Positions 32,053 through 49,619 of a stretch of DNA of 49,783 nucleotides are shown one piece after another (position 1 is the stretch's first letter; every line of letters begins with the position of its first letter). Origin of the DNA: Saprolegnia diclina VS20 (Eukaryota); the NCBI RefSeq assembly GCF_000281045.1, contig NW_008246075.1, forward strand, positions 34,054-83,836, read 5' to 3'. A model generated the notes under the pieces. It ran no database searches. It saw only the letters and a program-made list of their open reading frames with translations, and was not told where the DNA came from. Made by a program: the position numbers and the translations under genes.

Positions 32053-35000
32053 TCACAACTCGACGTGGCGGCCGCCGCGGCCCATGGAGCGTTGCGAGGG
32101 GTGGCCGTCGGCGCTGTTGACACTGCTCGAGCCGCTTCGGCGAAAGTTGCCACCTGGTACGTTGCCGAGGCTCGTCGAGCTCCCGCGGCGATGGTAGGGC
32201 GGCGACTGCTGGCGCTGCGCCTGCCCGCGCTGGCGCGACTCGTCCTTCTCGCGCGAGTTGGTGCGCGGACGACCCTTGGTCTGGCTCGAGTTGCTACGCG
32301 CGCGGTTGCCCGTCTGCGTCTTCCAGCCATTGTTGTTGTTCATGTTCATGTTGTTGGTCGGCGGCGGCGGCGGCTGGCGGCCGTTGCCATTCATCGGCGG
32401 GCCGACCGCGACGCGCTTGACGACCTGCGCCGTTGTCGGGACCGGCGGCTCTTCGGCCACGTCGACGAGCGTGACGCGGAAGCTCACCTTCTCATCGCCT
32501 TCGTCGTCCGACTCGACAAGCCCCATGACCTTGCCGGGCGAGGGCAGCGGCCCGTCGACGCCCTTGGGCTGGCGGACATTGGCCTTTTCGTTTTCTTCCT
32601 TGACCGCTTCGGCGAGGTTGATGACACGGTTCGAGAGCCCCTTGGGCTTCTTGGGCATCTGGTTGGCCTTGATCATGATGGCCGTGACCTCGGGCTGCAA
32701 GACAGCCACGGGCTTGATGAGCGATGCCGCCGTCACGGACGCAAAGGTCACGGCAGCGGGCTTGGCGCGGGCCTCTTGAGCTTGACGCACGTTCTTCATC
32801 ATGCCCGCGACTTCTTCGCGGCTCTTGCGGTTCAGCTCCGGGTCTTGGCGAAGGATGAGACGGAGGCGTGCGTTCACCTTTGTGAGCTCCGAGTTGTCGG
32901 CTTCGAGCGTGCCGAGGTGGGTCTGAAGCGCCATGTGGCTTTGCTGCAGTGCGTTGCGCTCGCACACCGCCTTGTGGAGCTCCATTTGCAGATGGTGGAT
33001 GCCCTCCATGCTGGCCGTGTTCTGCATGCGCAGCGTCTTGTGCGTCTCCTTGATGCGCACGTGCGCGAGCTTGAGAAACTCGACCTCCTCTTGGAGCTTG
33101 ATCGCGCGCTGGTTGGCGGCCGCAAACGACGCGCCGTTGACGTACGCACCGCGCTCCATGCCTTCCTTCTCCTTCTTGAGCTGGATGTTTTGGACTTTCA
33201 GCGTCGCGTTCGCGTCCTTGAGCAGGGTCATTTCGGCGCGGAGCTGGTCGATGAGACCGCTCGCGCCTTCGAGCTCAATGTCAAGCGGCACGCTGCCGAC
33301 CATGCTCGCCCGACGGCTGAGCTGGTCCGCACGCGCCTTCTCCTCCTTCAAGCGGTCCTTGAGGCGCTGGATCTGGTTCTCGAGCTTCGCTTCCTCTTTC
33401 GCCTGCACGAGAAGACGGGCGTAGCCCTTCTTGGCAATGAAGCCGCGCACGAGGCACTGCATCATGATGCTCGCGTTGCGCACGCGCATGTACTTGGTGT
33501 ACGCAACGTGCATCTTGAACGTCGCTTGGATCTTGAGCGCGCCCTTGGTCTGGCGCATGCCATGCACGACCGCATTCGCCATGTAGCAGCGCACGGCGCA
33601 CTGGAGCGTGATTGCCGCGAGGCGCATGGCGCGGTACCGGCGGCTCGTGAGGAACATGCGCGTGTACGACTGAAGCACGATCGCGGCCTTGCGCGCCTTA
33701 CGGTAGTGCGTCGTCGCTGCCCATTGGCGTGCGACCCGCTGGAGAATGACCGCGCTCGCGTCACGCTGGCGCGTGCGAAGGTCTTCGAGGCGCTCGAGCG
33801 CGCCGGCGCGGAAAAACACGCGCGACTTGCCGAGCTGAAAGTCCGATGCCGTCAGAAGCTGGTTCAAAAGCTGCGCGCACTGGTTGACCTCGTCGTCGTC
33901 CGAGTCGCACGCCGACGACTTGGCCAAGAGGAGGCGGAAGCGCTGGAGACAGTCTTGCTGCAAGAGGCGGTTCGGGAAGGCCATGCGGCTAATGCGCACG
34001 GCCTCGACGACACCGGCGCACTGCAGCTGCGACGCGACACGGCCTTTCGAGAAGCTGTGCGGGCTCTTGTTGCTGTTGGGCTTGATACAGCGCACGTACT
34101 GGACGTGCGTGCGGCGGATGTCCTCCATGAGCGCGTTGAGCTGCGACTTGAACTGCGTGCCGACCGAGTCGGCGAGGATCGAGTTGGACCGGCGGAGACG
34201 GTTGGTCATGACAGCCGCCTTGTTCTCGGCCGGCGCGGGGAAGAGCGCATTGATGAACGGCGACGTCGACCGGTACAGAAGGCTGAGCACATCCTTCTGG
34301 AGCGCGTCCGTGTTCTTGATGAGGAACCCAGACGTCTCGTACGAGACGTAGCCGGCGTAGTGCGTGATCGCAAAGCAGTTGCGACGCAGACGCGGGATCT
34401 CAAACCGGTCGTTGTCGTTGTAGTGCGCCGAGAGCTTGTTGGTGAACGCCGAGTCGCTGCCCTTGGGCCGCATGCACTCTAGACAAAAAGAGCATGTGAG
34501 ACCCGAGTCATGGCAAAAAGCCCATCGAAGTACCTTCGTTGAGCAGCGCGAGGAGACCAAAGCGGCCTTCGATGAGCTCGAGCACGTTGACGTTGTCGGC
34601 AAAGTCGATCTTAGTCCACGGAATGCCCTCTTCCTCGTACTCGTTCTGGATCGACTTGAAGACGTCTTGGGTGAACTTTTGCTGCAGCTTTTCGTTGGCG
34701 TAGTTGATGCAAAGCTGCTCAAACGAGTTGTTCTCGAAGATCTCAAAGCCAAAGATATCGAGGATGCAAATGCGGTGGCTCACGTGCATCTTGGACGACG
34801 TCGACGCGTTGATGTGCGTGACGAGCCAATCAAAGAGCTTGCTGTAGAGCGCGACGGACAAGGCCGTGCGCGCGCTCGTCGCTTGCTCCATCGTGTGCGG
34901 CACCGTGTACGAGTCGAGGCCCGCGGCCATTTGGCGCGTGCACAAGCTCTGCTCAAAGTCGGACGCGCTGAACCCGAGGAGCTTGGTGACCGCGGCCACC

Positions 35001-36385
35001 GTGGCCGGCGTCGCCACCATGGAAGCTTCATCGCCCTGAAACTCGACGCGGCCGAGGTGCAAGATGGCCGAGACGATGCCAAACACCGAGCTATAGAGTT
35101 CATGAGACTGTTGCATCGTCAAGGGGTAGAGAGCACGCGTACATTTGATCGGCTTCAGCAATCCCGAGAGTCGTGAGGCCCGTGAGCGTCCGGCCAAAGT
35201 ACTCGGCGTCGAGCTCCGTCATGACGTTCTCGCCGTTCGCCGACGTGCCGCGAAGGAACGGGAACGCCATCGGGTCTGTCTCGTGGAGCTCGACCTGCGT
35301 GCGGATGGCCTCGGGCGCCGCGAGGAGCTGGTAAAAGATGTGGTAGTTGCGCTCGCCCTTGCCGTGCGTCGAGACTAGGCCGACGATGTCAGAAGCCTCA
35401 TTCGCAGCGCAGAAAGGTCGACGTACCGCGGGATTTTTCGAGTAAATAAGTGTTGCAGCGCGCACCGACGAGCTGGCATTCAGCGTTGAACTGGAGCTCG
35501 CTGAACTTGCCAAAGCGCGACGAGTTGTCGTTGCGCGACGTCTTGGCGTTACCAAAGCTCTCCATGAGCGGGTTGGACTGGAGCACGCGGTCAACAATGT
35601 TCATCGTCATGGCGTGGTCCGCGTCCGTGCGGTCGCCGGCCGTCGCAAGGTGCGACATGAGGATCTTGGTCGTCTCGGTCTTACCAGCGCCCGACTCGCC
35701 ACTCACGAGGATGCTCTGGTTCTCGCCAAACACGCGCATGTGATGGTACGACCGCGCGCTGACGGCGTAGACGTGGGGCGGCAGCTCCGGTAGCTTTTCG
35801 ACCTCCATGTACTTGGATTGGACCGTGGGGTTGTAAATATCGAGCCATTTGTACTAGACGCATAGCAGCATGAGCGGCGTGTCCGTCGACGTTAACGCGA
35901 GACACGTACGGGGTTGACGGCAATGCAGATGGGGCCCGTGTATGTGTATGGCAAGCCGCGGTGGAAGCGCGTCTTGAGGTTGTACAAGATCGCGGCTTCA
36001 TGGAGGTAGTTGAGGTGCACCATGTCGCTGCAGCCGTCGACCGGCAGCACGTTCTGCAAGCACACGGCCGCTTTCTACATGGTTGCATGAGCCATCTTGC
36101 CGTCGTTGCCATCGTCGTCGTCGTACCGGCACGGTGCGATGGGCGCCGTCCTTGGGGTGGTCGCTCAGGAACTCCTCGGACGCGTCGCCTTGGGTCTGGA
36201 CCTCAAAGGTATCCCCGGTCGCGCTCAGCACTTGCGCAGCGATCCACGCGACCTTGTCGTCGGGGATGTACACCTACCACGGACATCTCCATGAGCCTCT
36301 GCTCTTCCTCGGCCCATGAGGTCGTCCCCTCCTGGGTCATCATGGTATCGTCGCTCTCTACCTGCGTGTGCTCGGCTGTCGACAT
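32053..36385 (-). CDS. Myosin (motor domain, several IQ motifs, coiled coil, low-complexity tail)
   Basis: P-loop GESGAGKT, switch I NDNSSRFGK, switch II DIFGFE, YVRCIKPN, QLQCAGVVEAVRI, and IQ repeats (LQRVARQW, LQSYTRMF, LQCAVRCY, IQATFKMH, MQCLVRGF). First intron 36361..36274. Confidence 0.93.
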
Positions 36386-37981
36386 CGGGTGGGAGTTGCA
36401 GAGAAAATGTCCAAATGACTGGGGAAATCCACCGCGCCGCTGATCTTGACCGCGCTCTCGGCTCGCAGCTGACAATCCCGTACGTACGTACACCGTCCAT
36501 TCCCTACGTACATTTAGATAGTACATTCGAATGTACGCTCCATGTACGTCGTCGGGTGGTTTTTAAAGATGCCACATGGTGTCTATGGACAGCTCTATGC
36601 CGCCTGCTCCGCCAAATTGAAATAATGTACGTCTTGGTCTTTGTATGCAATCGCACTTAGTCGCATCGCTTGTGCCAAAGGTCACTCGTCCAAGCTCCTT
36701 GACGTCATTAGGGCCACATGTTCAAGCAGCTGCCGGCGCATCTTGCAAGGCGGCGCGTTCTTTGGCTTCGTTTCGTGTAAGGGGTAGAAGGACGCAGGTA
36801 GTTGATGTTATTGGGATAAAGAAGGCGAAACGAACATGGGCAGTCTCAACCAACGAGTAGCCGCTTGGCGGAGAAGCAATGGCCAAGTGATAGGGGGTGG
36901 GGTGTGTCATTGACAATGCAAAAATTGGCCGTCCCACCCTCGGGCGCGAAGAAACCTCTCGCATTGCATATCGACGCGGCGCGGATGGAAGGTTCTATGC
37001 ACGCACGGGGCAGGGACAGGCAAAGTCCCTCTATAAAGTAATGCGCCCCGTTGACTGCCTGTCTTCGCGACAGCAAGGTACTTGCGACGGAAGAAGGCGA
37101 TGTAATACTGCCGAGTAGCTAGAACGATCGGAGGTTCTGCGTCCCACGCACGCCACCGCTGTCGGTCTCGTAACGTGCAGAGCCCAAGTACGTCGGGCCA
37201 AAGATACGTCACGGTTTGGTTCATTGACACGGGGAAATGTGTGGTGGCGGCGCCGCGTTCTCGAACCGACAGCGTGGGACTCGCATCCGCTTTCCCATGC
37301 AGCGTGCAGGTGATGTGCATGTGACTCGCACCTGCGGCGGAGAACCGCGGGTGTTTTTTGGCCGCCGGAACGTCGCAGCCGCAAATTATTCCAGCTTCAA
37401 CAAGGCCCACTCGGGTCCTTGGCAGCCGACGAGGCTTATCTATCCGGCCTCTCCACGACACGGCACACTACACAGTACGAGGCGATGTCGATCCAACGTC
37501 AAGGCCGCTTCAATTGCTACACTCCGAGTCAACAACGCAAATGTCCTCTTCACTTCAACGAGAAGGTTTCGCATGCTTTTGCATCGTCGACTACCAAGTC
37601 CCATGAGAGCAGCCGACTGCTGTGAAAGGGTATCGCATGGAGGAAGATGCTGGGCAGGCTAGACGACAACAAAATGCTGCCACGCTTGCTGTGTGCAATG
37701 TGGCTTGAGGCATGTCTACACTGCAGGACGCAGCCAGGAGATGACTAGACCAGCATGGAAGTATTGCCGGGCGCCTTTGCAGGCTGCCAGAGCATGGACG
37801 AGTGGGACACAGCTCGATACCTGCTCCCGAACGCAATTGCGCCAAGACTTCTTCGTCGTCGCCTGGCTCCTGCAATGTGCCCGACCGTGTCCACGTACTT
37901 AAGACTTTGCCACCGTACTTGAGAGGACACAAGATACGCACTTACCGAGTATTACAGTAGGCTGCTTCGGTCCGCTTCGAC

Positions 37982-39220
37982 ATGCGCCTGCGGCTTGTCC
38001 AGGTGCTCCACCGCCATGGCGACCGGTCGCCGCTGCACAACGTGTTTGCGGGCGTGCCATGGCGTGCGTCCAAGGAAGATGCGCTCTGGGCGCCCAAGCT
38101 CCATGCGCCCGCGACCGGCGTCTACGGCCAGCTCACGACTCTCGGCGTTGACCAAATGCGAGCCCGGGGCGACCAACTCGTACGTGGGCAACGTGACGAA
38201 TGCAGCGACAACAACTCGTGCACATGTAGCGCGAACAATGCCTGTCGCAAGGATGGACGCTGCGTGATGAACGTATGGACTTGAAGGTGCTGAGCACGCC
38301 GTACGACCGGACGCAGCAGAGCGTGCTGGCGCTGCTCTCGCGCTTGGCCCCGCACGCCGCCGCGATGAGCGACGTGCACGTGCTTCCTCGGCATCTCAAC
38401 TTTATCAACGGTACGAGATCTTATTGGTACCCGCGACGATCAAGCGAGATGTTGCTGCTAGCGTACAGCGCCAACGGCGACGTGATCATTCCGCTCAAGA
38501 TGCAGCTCATCGCCGACCACCCCGAGTACGCCAAGGACGATGCGCGCGTTGAGCCGCTCAAGCAAGAGCTCATGCATCGACTGCCCATGTTCCGCGAGGG
38601 TGGCGAGGCCTTTACGTGGATGAAGGCGGCCGACCACTTCATTTGCCGAGATGCCCACGCCCTCCAGTGCCTTCCAGAGACGCAGGTACGACATCCTTGT
38701 CCGAGAGCTCGCCTATCCTGGTGCTTGTGTAGGAGCTTGCGGCGCCTACCATCGACCACCTCTCGCTGCGATTCCACCAGGTATCACGATACTACGGACG
38801 CAATGACTCCTTCCTTAATGTTGCGCCTAGTACTATACAGACCCGACCATTCTGCGTCTCGTCGCCACGGGGCTGGCCACCGAGCTGCTCGACCAAGTAA
38901 GGAGATGTCGCCTCGACAACGACTCATGGGCCATCATGGTATCTTAGATGGAGCGGCGCATGGACGGTGGCGCGACCAGTGCCAAGGAAGCCATTCGCAT
39001 CTACAGCGGCCACGACGTCTCGCTTCTTGCGCTGCTGTACGCGTTGGATGCATCGTTGGTGCACCCGTTCTGGCCCGACTACAGCGCGGCGGTCGTGCTC
39101 GAGCTGCTTCAGGACGGACCCGACTGGCTCGTGCGCGTGACGCTCGACAATGACGTCGTCGTGCCCCTCGTGCCCTTTTCCGTCTTTGCGAGCGCGTTGC
39201 GGCAAAAGACGCTGTCTTAA
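37982..39220 (+). CDS. Histidine acid phosphatase (branch 2)
   Basis: RHGDRSP phosphohistidine motif, GQLTTLG, STPYDRTQQS and IYSGHD. Multi-exon, with no signal peptide. Confidence 0.9.
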
Positions 39221-39250
39221 ATCCAACGATACGACGAGATCTGCTGTCAT

Positions 39251-39754
39251 TTAGTTTTCGACTTCGACGATGCATTCGACTTCGACGGGGATACCGAGCG
39301 GGAGGGCGTTCGTGCCGACGGCCGACCGCGCGTGGACGCCACGCTCGCCAAAGATCTTGCCGAGCGTGTCCGAGCAGCCGTTGATGACCGACGGCTGCGC
39401 GGTGAAGCCATCGACGCAGTTGACAAAGCCGACGACCTTGACGATGCGCTTGACCTTGTCGAGGTCACCGAGCTCGGCCTTGAGCGTCGCGCACAAGGCG
39501 AGCGCGACGTGGTGCGCGGCTTCGTAGCCATCCTCAGCCGTGAGGTCCGCGCCGATCTTGCCCTTGATCAAGTCGCCGCCCGCGGGCTGCGGCAAGTGGC
39601 CGGCCGTGAAGATCATGTTGCCCGAGCGGACGCACGGGCGGTAGTTGCCCTTGGGCTCGGCGACGCCGGGAAGGACGTAGCCGAGTTCCTTGATGCGGGC
39701 CTCCGTGTGGACGCGGCGAAGGAGCGGCTTGGCGATGGCGAACGTGCGCTGCAT
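39251..39754 (-). CDS. Rid (YjgF/YER057c/UK114) family protein, probably mitochondrial
   Basis: ELGYVLP...PKGNY, IFTAGHLP, VKVVGFVN, HARSAVG (conserved Arg) and LPLGIPVEVE. Presequence-like N-terminus MQRTFAIAKPLLRR. Confidence 0.92.
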   Translation of the reverse strand: MQRTFAIAKPLLRRVHTEARIKELGYVLPGVAEPKGNYRPCVRSGNMIFTAGHLPQPAGGDLIKGKIGADLTAEDGYEAAHHVALALCATLKAELGDLDKVKRIVKVVGFVNCVDGFTAQPSVINGCSDTLGKIFGERGVHARSAVGTNALPLGIPVEVECIVEVEN

Positions 39755-40450
39755 GATGGCAATGCAAAAGTGAACGCTACACCCCAGATTCGGCCGAGCA
39801 TACAAAGTCCAAGCCAAACCCGACCAATCCCACCGTGTCTCTTGGATTTGCCGTGCTTCAAGCAGCAGTCCAATGACGTTATACTCGTAGATCGAATAAA
39901 AACGCAGTGCAATATGCATTCTGGCAGTTTAACGTCACCAGATCGACGCACGCCACGCACCCATGCCCTTTGAGTGGCCGAAAAAGGGCACTTTTGAGCC
40001 AATCGAATCGCGCCGCAGACAGGCGGTCTTGTGACAGGCGAAGGGCGCCCCGGGTCCACCATGGACAGTGGCGCTGGGCTGTGGCGGCGCTGACGCGTTC
40101 CTCTTGAGCAGCTATCAACAAGGCCCAGCGAGCTTCCTACGCGCGACAGCTGCGCCTCCTAAGAGAGTGGCAAGGCGCAGGTGGGAAGCCTCCATCATCC
40201 GACGGCAGCCATGCTGGCGAATGGAGATGGTTGACCGCAGAGCCATGTACTGCGCGTTGGATTATCGTACACGAAGTTCGGCGGCTGGTTGGACAGCAGC
40301 ACGCCGTCGCATGACTCAGAGATACGCTCTCACGGGCGCGCTTGTCTGCATCGCCTGGGCCCCATACGCCCTCGCTTTTACGACAGTATATGTATCCCGT
40401 TATACAGCGTTACCGCAGCGCCAAGCGATCTGCAGCAAAACTACGATCCC

Positions 40451-42109
40451 TCAGGCAGTCTTGGTCGACTCGGGCTTGGTGTCGCCACTGTTGGAGCTCG
40501 CCGACGACGCTTGCTTGATGAGCTCCTTCTCCTTGACGGCCTTGCGCGCGTTGTTGGCCCACTTGTTGGACGAGATCTTCATGCGCGTGAGCGCGGCCAT
40601 GGACGGAATGCGCGTGAACGCATTCTGAATGTCGTCGGCCGACACTTCAACGGTCTCGATCTGTTGGCTTTGAAAGTCCTCGCGCTGGCTCTCGTAGCCG
40701 CGGTTGACCCACGGGTGCCGCTTCATCTCGGTGATCGTGAGTCGCTTCGCCGGGTCCTTCTCGAGGAGACCGAGGAGGAGCGACGTCAGCTCCAGGTGCG
40801 CTTGCACCGCATTCGGGAGTGTGATGGGCTACACAAGCATATGCCATGAACCACCGCTGAAAATGCCGAAATACGGACGTTGTTTTGGATCATATCAAAG
40901 AGTTCCTACATCAAACAGCAAATATTCGTGATTGCACCGACCGATTATACGGTCCCGTACCGTGACTTCGGCTGAAAAGTACGGGAGCGAGCCAAAGAGC
41001 ATCGCATACAGCGTAATACCAAGCGCCCAAATATCGGCCACAAAGGCGCTGTACGGCTCCTGCACACCACTTGAGCCAAGCGTCCAACACAGATATGGAG
41101 GACGCACCGACGCCATCGACTCGGGGGCCATGTAGGCATACGTGCCGGCCGAGTTGGTCAAGTAGCCGTGCGCCACGGGCTGCGCGGCCGGCGCCTTGTC
41201 ATCAAAAAAGTGGGCGACACCGAAGTCCGCAATCTTGACCGTGCCCTGGTTGCCCACAAGGATGTTTTCGGGCTTGAGATCCCTAGCAGAAGCGTCAACT
41301 CCCACGAAGAGCGCGCGCAAGACGATGTGTACCGGTGGCAAATGTCGTTGGTGTGGAGGTACTCGAGGCCAATGAGGAGCTCGCGGAAACACTTGCGGGC
41401 AATGTGCAGAGGAAGCCCGTTCTTGGCCAGCTGCACGGCCGGGGTCGTTGGCGCCGGCGCACTAAAGCTATGTGCGTCGATGGACGGTACGTACGAGAGC
41501 TGGGCGGCGTCCCAGACCATGATCTGCCCATACGGAGCGTACTCGAGCACGAGCACGAGCTGCTCGTCGCCATCATCGAGGACGGCTTCGAGCGAGACCA
41601 AGTTGGCGTGCGACAGCTTCTTCATGATGGCAATTTCGATCTGCACCTTGTCAAAGGCCGTCGAGACAATCTAAAGGACGATGAGGAGACGAACGCAAGA
41701 CCAAGAAGACGGCGGTGGGTACCATGCGCCGGCCTTCGCGCTTGAACTCCTTCATTTTCTTTAGCAGCGACGTCTTGAACTCCTTCATGGCCACGAGGTC
41801 GTCCTTCTGGTTATCGTGGACCTTGCGCCGACAGAGCTTGACGACCGCCGTCGCGCCCTTCCCGAGCTCCTTGACAAACTCGAACTCTGCGAGCACGTTG
41901 CTCGGGCACGGGCTACCGGCGTCGTTGTCGTCGTCTTGCGGCGACAAGCACACACCCGACGACGCCCCCGTCGAGACGACGTGGGCCGGCGCGACGACCG
42001 GCTTGGGCGCGGCCACCGGCATGGGCGGCGGCGCGGCTACGGACGACTCCTTGCGCTTGAAGAGGCCGCCGAAGAAGCCCTTGATCGACTTGTCGGGCTT
42101 GTTGCTCAT
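40451..42109 (-). CDS. CaMKK-like Ser/Thr protein kinase
   Basis: LGKGATAVVKL, VAMKEF, EIAIMKKLSHANLV, HR|DLKPEN (split by an intron), DFG, GTYAYMAPE, DIWALGITLY and KDPAKR...HPWV. Confidence 0.88.
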
Positions 42110-42795
42110 CGTGCTGCTGCCGGCGGTGAGATAAGTCACGGTTTGGCCCGCGGACTTTGGTTTTCGAATCGCTTTGATTGGTCAAAATACTGTGATCGGC
42201 CTTTGGCAGGCGTCAGAAAAGACCAATCAGCGACGTCGAATGTGGTCGAGAGCGCAATCGGTCTTTTCTAACCGGCAACGTCAGCTCCGCGCATCGCCCC
42301 TCGCTGCAACTACGGACGTCGTGTTTGAGAACACGAGTATTATTGGCTACGACCGCGGGGCCTTCACCAGTAGCTCTTAATAGGGTGCTTCCAGAGCCTC
42401 CAAATCTGATTTTCAATCTGGTTTTTCGAGGGATTCAGATTCAATCTGGCAACACGTTAGCCGAACCGACGACTTGCATCTCGCTGGGTTCCCAACGACA
42501 GCACCATGGAAGGTATGAGCAACCGAACCGTCCAAGAATGCCATGTAGTTAGCATAGGTCTACTGGACGCGAGGTAGTACAATCTTCGCAATGCTCGCAA
42601 GGGTTGTTGTCGACGTGCGCATCTGTCTACGGCTGCCGAGGGATCGTAAACCGGTTGAAGCGGTTTTGTCAACCGTGAACCGCGATGGCTGCACACTATT
42701 TCAGATCTGTTTCTCGACGGTTCGAAAACATATAGTGTTTTGAACGGATCCGGATAATCGGCCAGTTCTGTTTTTCCACCACCAGCAGCAGCAGC

Positions 42796-43179
42796 ATGTC
42801 GGGGCAGGTCGCGCGCTTGATCGCCAACATCGTCGTCGCCGGCGCCGGCGTCGTCTCCAAGGCCTTCGTGCAGGCGTACCAGCAGGCCATCGTCAACGCC
42901 AAGAGCGGCAAGACCTCGGTCGCGAGCTCGGCCTCGGTCTCCCTCAAGGCCAAGATGTCCAAGGAGCAGGCCATCGAGGTGCTCAACCTCAAGCCCAACC
43001 CGTCCGCCGCCGAGATTGAAAAGCAATTCGACCGGTACTTTAAAGCCAACGACACGGCAGGTGGCGGCGGCTCGTACTACCTACAGTCCAAGATCTTTCG
43101 GGCAAAGGAAGCACTCCTCAAGGTCGACGAGCCGGCGCCCGAGGCCAAGCCCGAGGCGGCCGAGGCCACCAAGCCGTAG
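42796..43179 (+). CDS. PAM16: Mitochondrial import motor subunit PAM16/TIM16
   Basis: VVSKAFVQAYQQA, MSKEQAIEVLNL, FKAND...GGSYYLQSKIFRAKE; a J-like domain without HPD. Confidence 0.95.
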   Translation: MSGQVARLIANIVVAGAGVVSKAFVQAYQQAIVNAKSGKTSVASSASVSLKAKMSKEQAIEVLNLKPNPSAAEIEKQFDRYFKANDTAGGGGSYYLQSKIFRAKEALLKVDEPAPEAKPEAAEATKP

Positions 43180-43391
43180 ATATCCCTTTCTAGAACCCCC
43201 AGCCAACGACTACTATCCTTCAATCTATCCGTGTGTGTACTAGAGATCATCGTCCTTCGTCTTGCGCAGCCTCGTCGAAAGCAAAGATGCATGCTTGACC
43301 ACGTTAAAACCCAAAGCGCAATGGCGTCCGCAGCGGCGTCTTGGCCTGCTTGTTGGCGCGGCCCGGTGTCACCCTACATAACACAGATGCC

Positions 43392-47446
<4,055 letters not shown>

Positions 47447-49619
47447 GGTCTTGCTGCTCTTCGCCACCGACCTCAAAGCAGAATACTGCATCTTTGGATA
47501 GACTTGTACATATTATAAACTCGCATTTTCGATATGATATAAATCCTGTGAAATTCGATTCGCTGCCAACTGTGAGACTCAAGAGTCATAGAGTCATATT
47601 AATACAAGTACAAGTAGAGAGAACGCAAGTAGAGAGAGATAAGATAAGGGTTTATGGATTCTTGGTAGAGACCTCCGTAGCGCGGCTTGAACGCACTAAG
47701 CTCAATCTGAAAATGAACGACTTGGCTGGATTTCTCTATTCGGCGTCAAGACGATGTCAGTCCGGGCTGATCAGTCGCCATCTATCGAGTCGCCCGTAGA
47801 GTCATGCATACACTGGAAGAGCCATTTCGCCTACGCATACCGAGTACAAGCCGAATGCAAGCGTGGTGCTCGTGCACCGTGAGCCCAAACGCACGACATG
47901 TTGTCCACGTTCTTCGGTGCGGCCAGAACCTTGAACTCCTCGTTTGGCGTTGGCCTTCCACCCGATCTAAGAGTCGTCTCGTACAGAGACCTCTCGCCTG
48001 GTCTACTACGCAACGCAAAGCGACGTACCTCGGGCTGCACCGTTCCATGTTAGCACCGTCGGAAAGCTATCTCTGTCGCACGAAAGATGGCTTGTTGCTG
48101 AAGGAGCTCCGTCAAACGGTCCGTCCCGGTGGATGCCAAGCCGTAATGCCTGCGAGGTCTCGGCCATCCCACTTCCTCAAGATGTACACGCCTGTGGGCG
48201 AGCGCTCTCTCGCCGCACCAAAGGCAATATGGACGCTCGTGGTGGCACTGCTGCACGCAACCAGTACGTGTCTGGGAAAGCAAGCTTCTGAGAATGGAAG
48301 CCTTCTCTATTGACGAAGGGGTCCTCTTCTGGCGCTTGCCAAGCCGAGTGAACAGAGATGCCGAGACTGCGTTGTGGATGCTACCGCGGAAAGACTCTTG
48401 GTGGGGTCCACGCGCTACTAGGTCGTCTGAACTGCGACGGTAATTCGACGGATGCGTTCAAACGGGCGGCTCTGTCGCCTCACATTGCTGTGTGTAGGGG
48501 TCTTGACTTGCTCGTCTGCGACCGCGCAAGCGTACTGCGGAGACGTACTTTCTTCTGAACGACGAGTGCTGCACAGACGTAGCAGCACTTGGTCGTAGCA
48601 GCCACCAACGCCCACATCCAACGACCCTAAATCGACTGGTTTGGTGTATTGGGCTGTTCGCTTGTAAAGCTGCGGTGCCATCAACTGCACTCCACGGTTC
48701 GAGAAGACCTTCCCCAACCAAGCTCTATGGTAGAGCAAGCGAGCTTTGGCAGACGAATGAGGAGAAGAGGGTTCAGGGATGCGGCGGCGTTGTTCGTGCA
48801 TTCGAGTGCCTGTGTCATTGAATACTGACAGCGTCTCCTTACGGGTCATGAAAGGTTGTGCGTCGGTGGTAAGCAAGCCTTCGAGACAGCAATCGGCGCC
48901 TGGACCGCGAGGACATCTCATACATCATACTTACTGTACTGCTTCCCAGCCTACGCTGGCGCCGACTTGGTGATCAACGACGGCGAGAGTTGCGGCTACT
49001 GACCCCTATTCCTTTTACCTTGGTCGCGTGCGACGACCGCGCATGTGGCTGCGTGCGGCGCAACGCGGTTGACAACACGACGACCAATGATCCATCGCTC
49101 TCACAAATGAGTGCGCAGAGATAGCGCGAGTCCATACATGCAGTCATCTCCTGACCTTCCACTGCTAATCGTCTATATTTGCTAGGTTGCAGGATACGAA
49201 CAATAGACTCTTTCGTCAAAAGTTCGACGACCCACCAAAAGTTTGTGCATCGAACACCAAACACTTGTTCCACTGCGTCGTCCTCGATCCAAAATATCTT
49301 TGCGCCAACAATCCCGCACACAAATGTCCCTTTTTTCAACATTCGAAGCTCCTACTTATGTCGAGTTACCCACAATTTGACGATTTCCAGATTGTTGAAT
49401 CTTGATTTTAAGGGAATATTCCGTTGCGCCGGTCGCACCGGATCGCAGCAACCGTCCCTCTGATTGGTAGAAACCCAATTCACATTTTTGGTTGCAATTC
49501 AACAGACTCTCTCCGCCCATACATCGATACTGTCAAGTGTATCGACACTGTGAGTGTCGAAAAAGAGAGCGCTTTCCCGGGTACTCACTCTCTCCAGCGC
49601 GCGACCAAGATCGTCGACC

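Noticed and set aside
32047..34482. 811-aa ORF antisense to myosin (likewise the 701-aa ORF 19547..21652 opposite dynactin)
   Set aside because: Shadow ORFs from codon bias, with no recognisable domains.
36400..37950. 1.5-kb spacer with many short ORFs between myosin and the phosphatase
   Set aside because: No recognisable protein, transposase or RNA gene; treated as divergent intergenic DNA.
47500..48970. ORFs of about 170 aa on both strands upstream of PRP16
   Set aside because: Not protein-like and with no identifiable family. They could be decayed sequence, but I cannot support a call.
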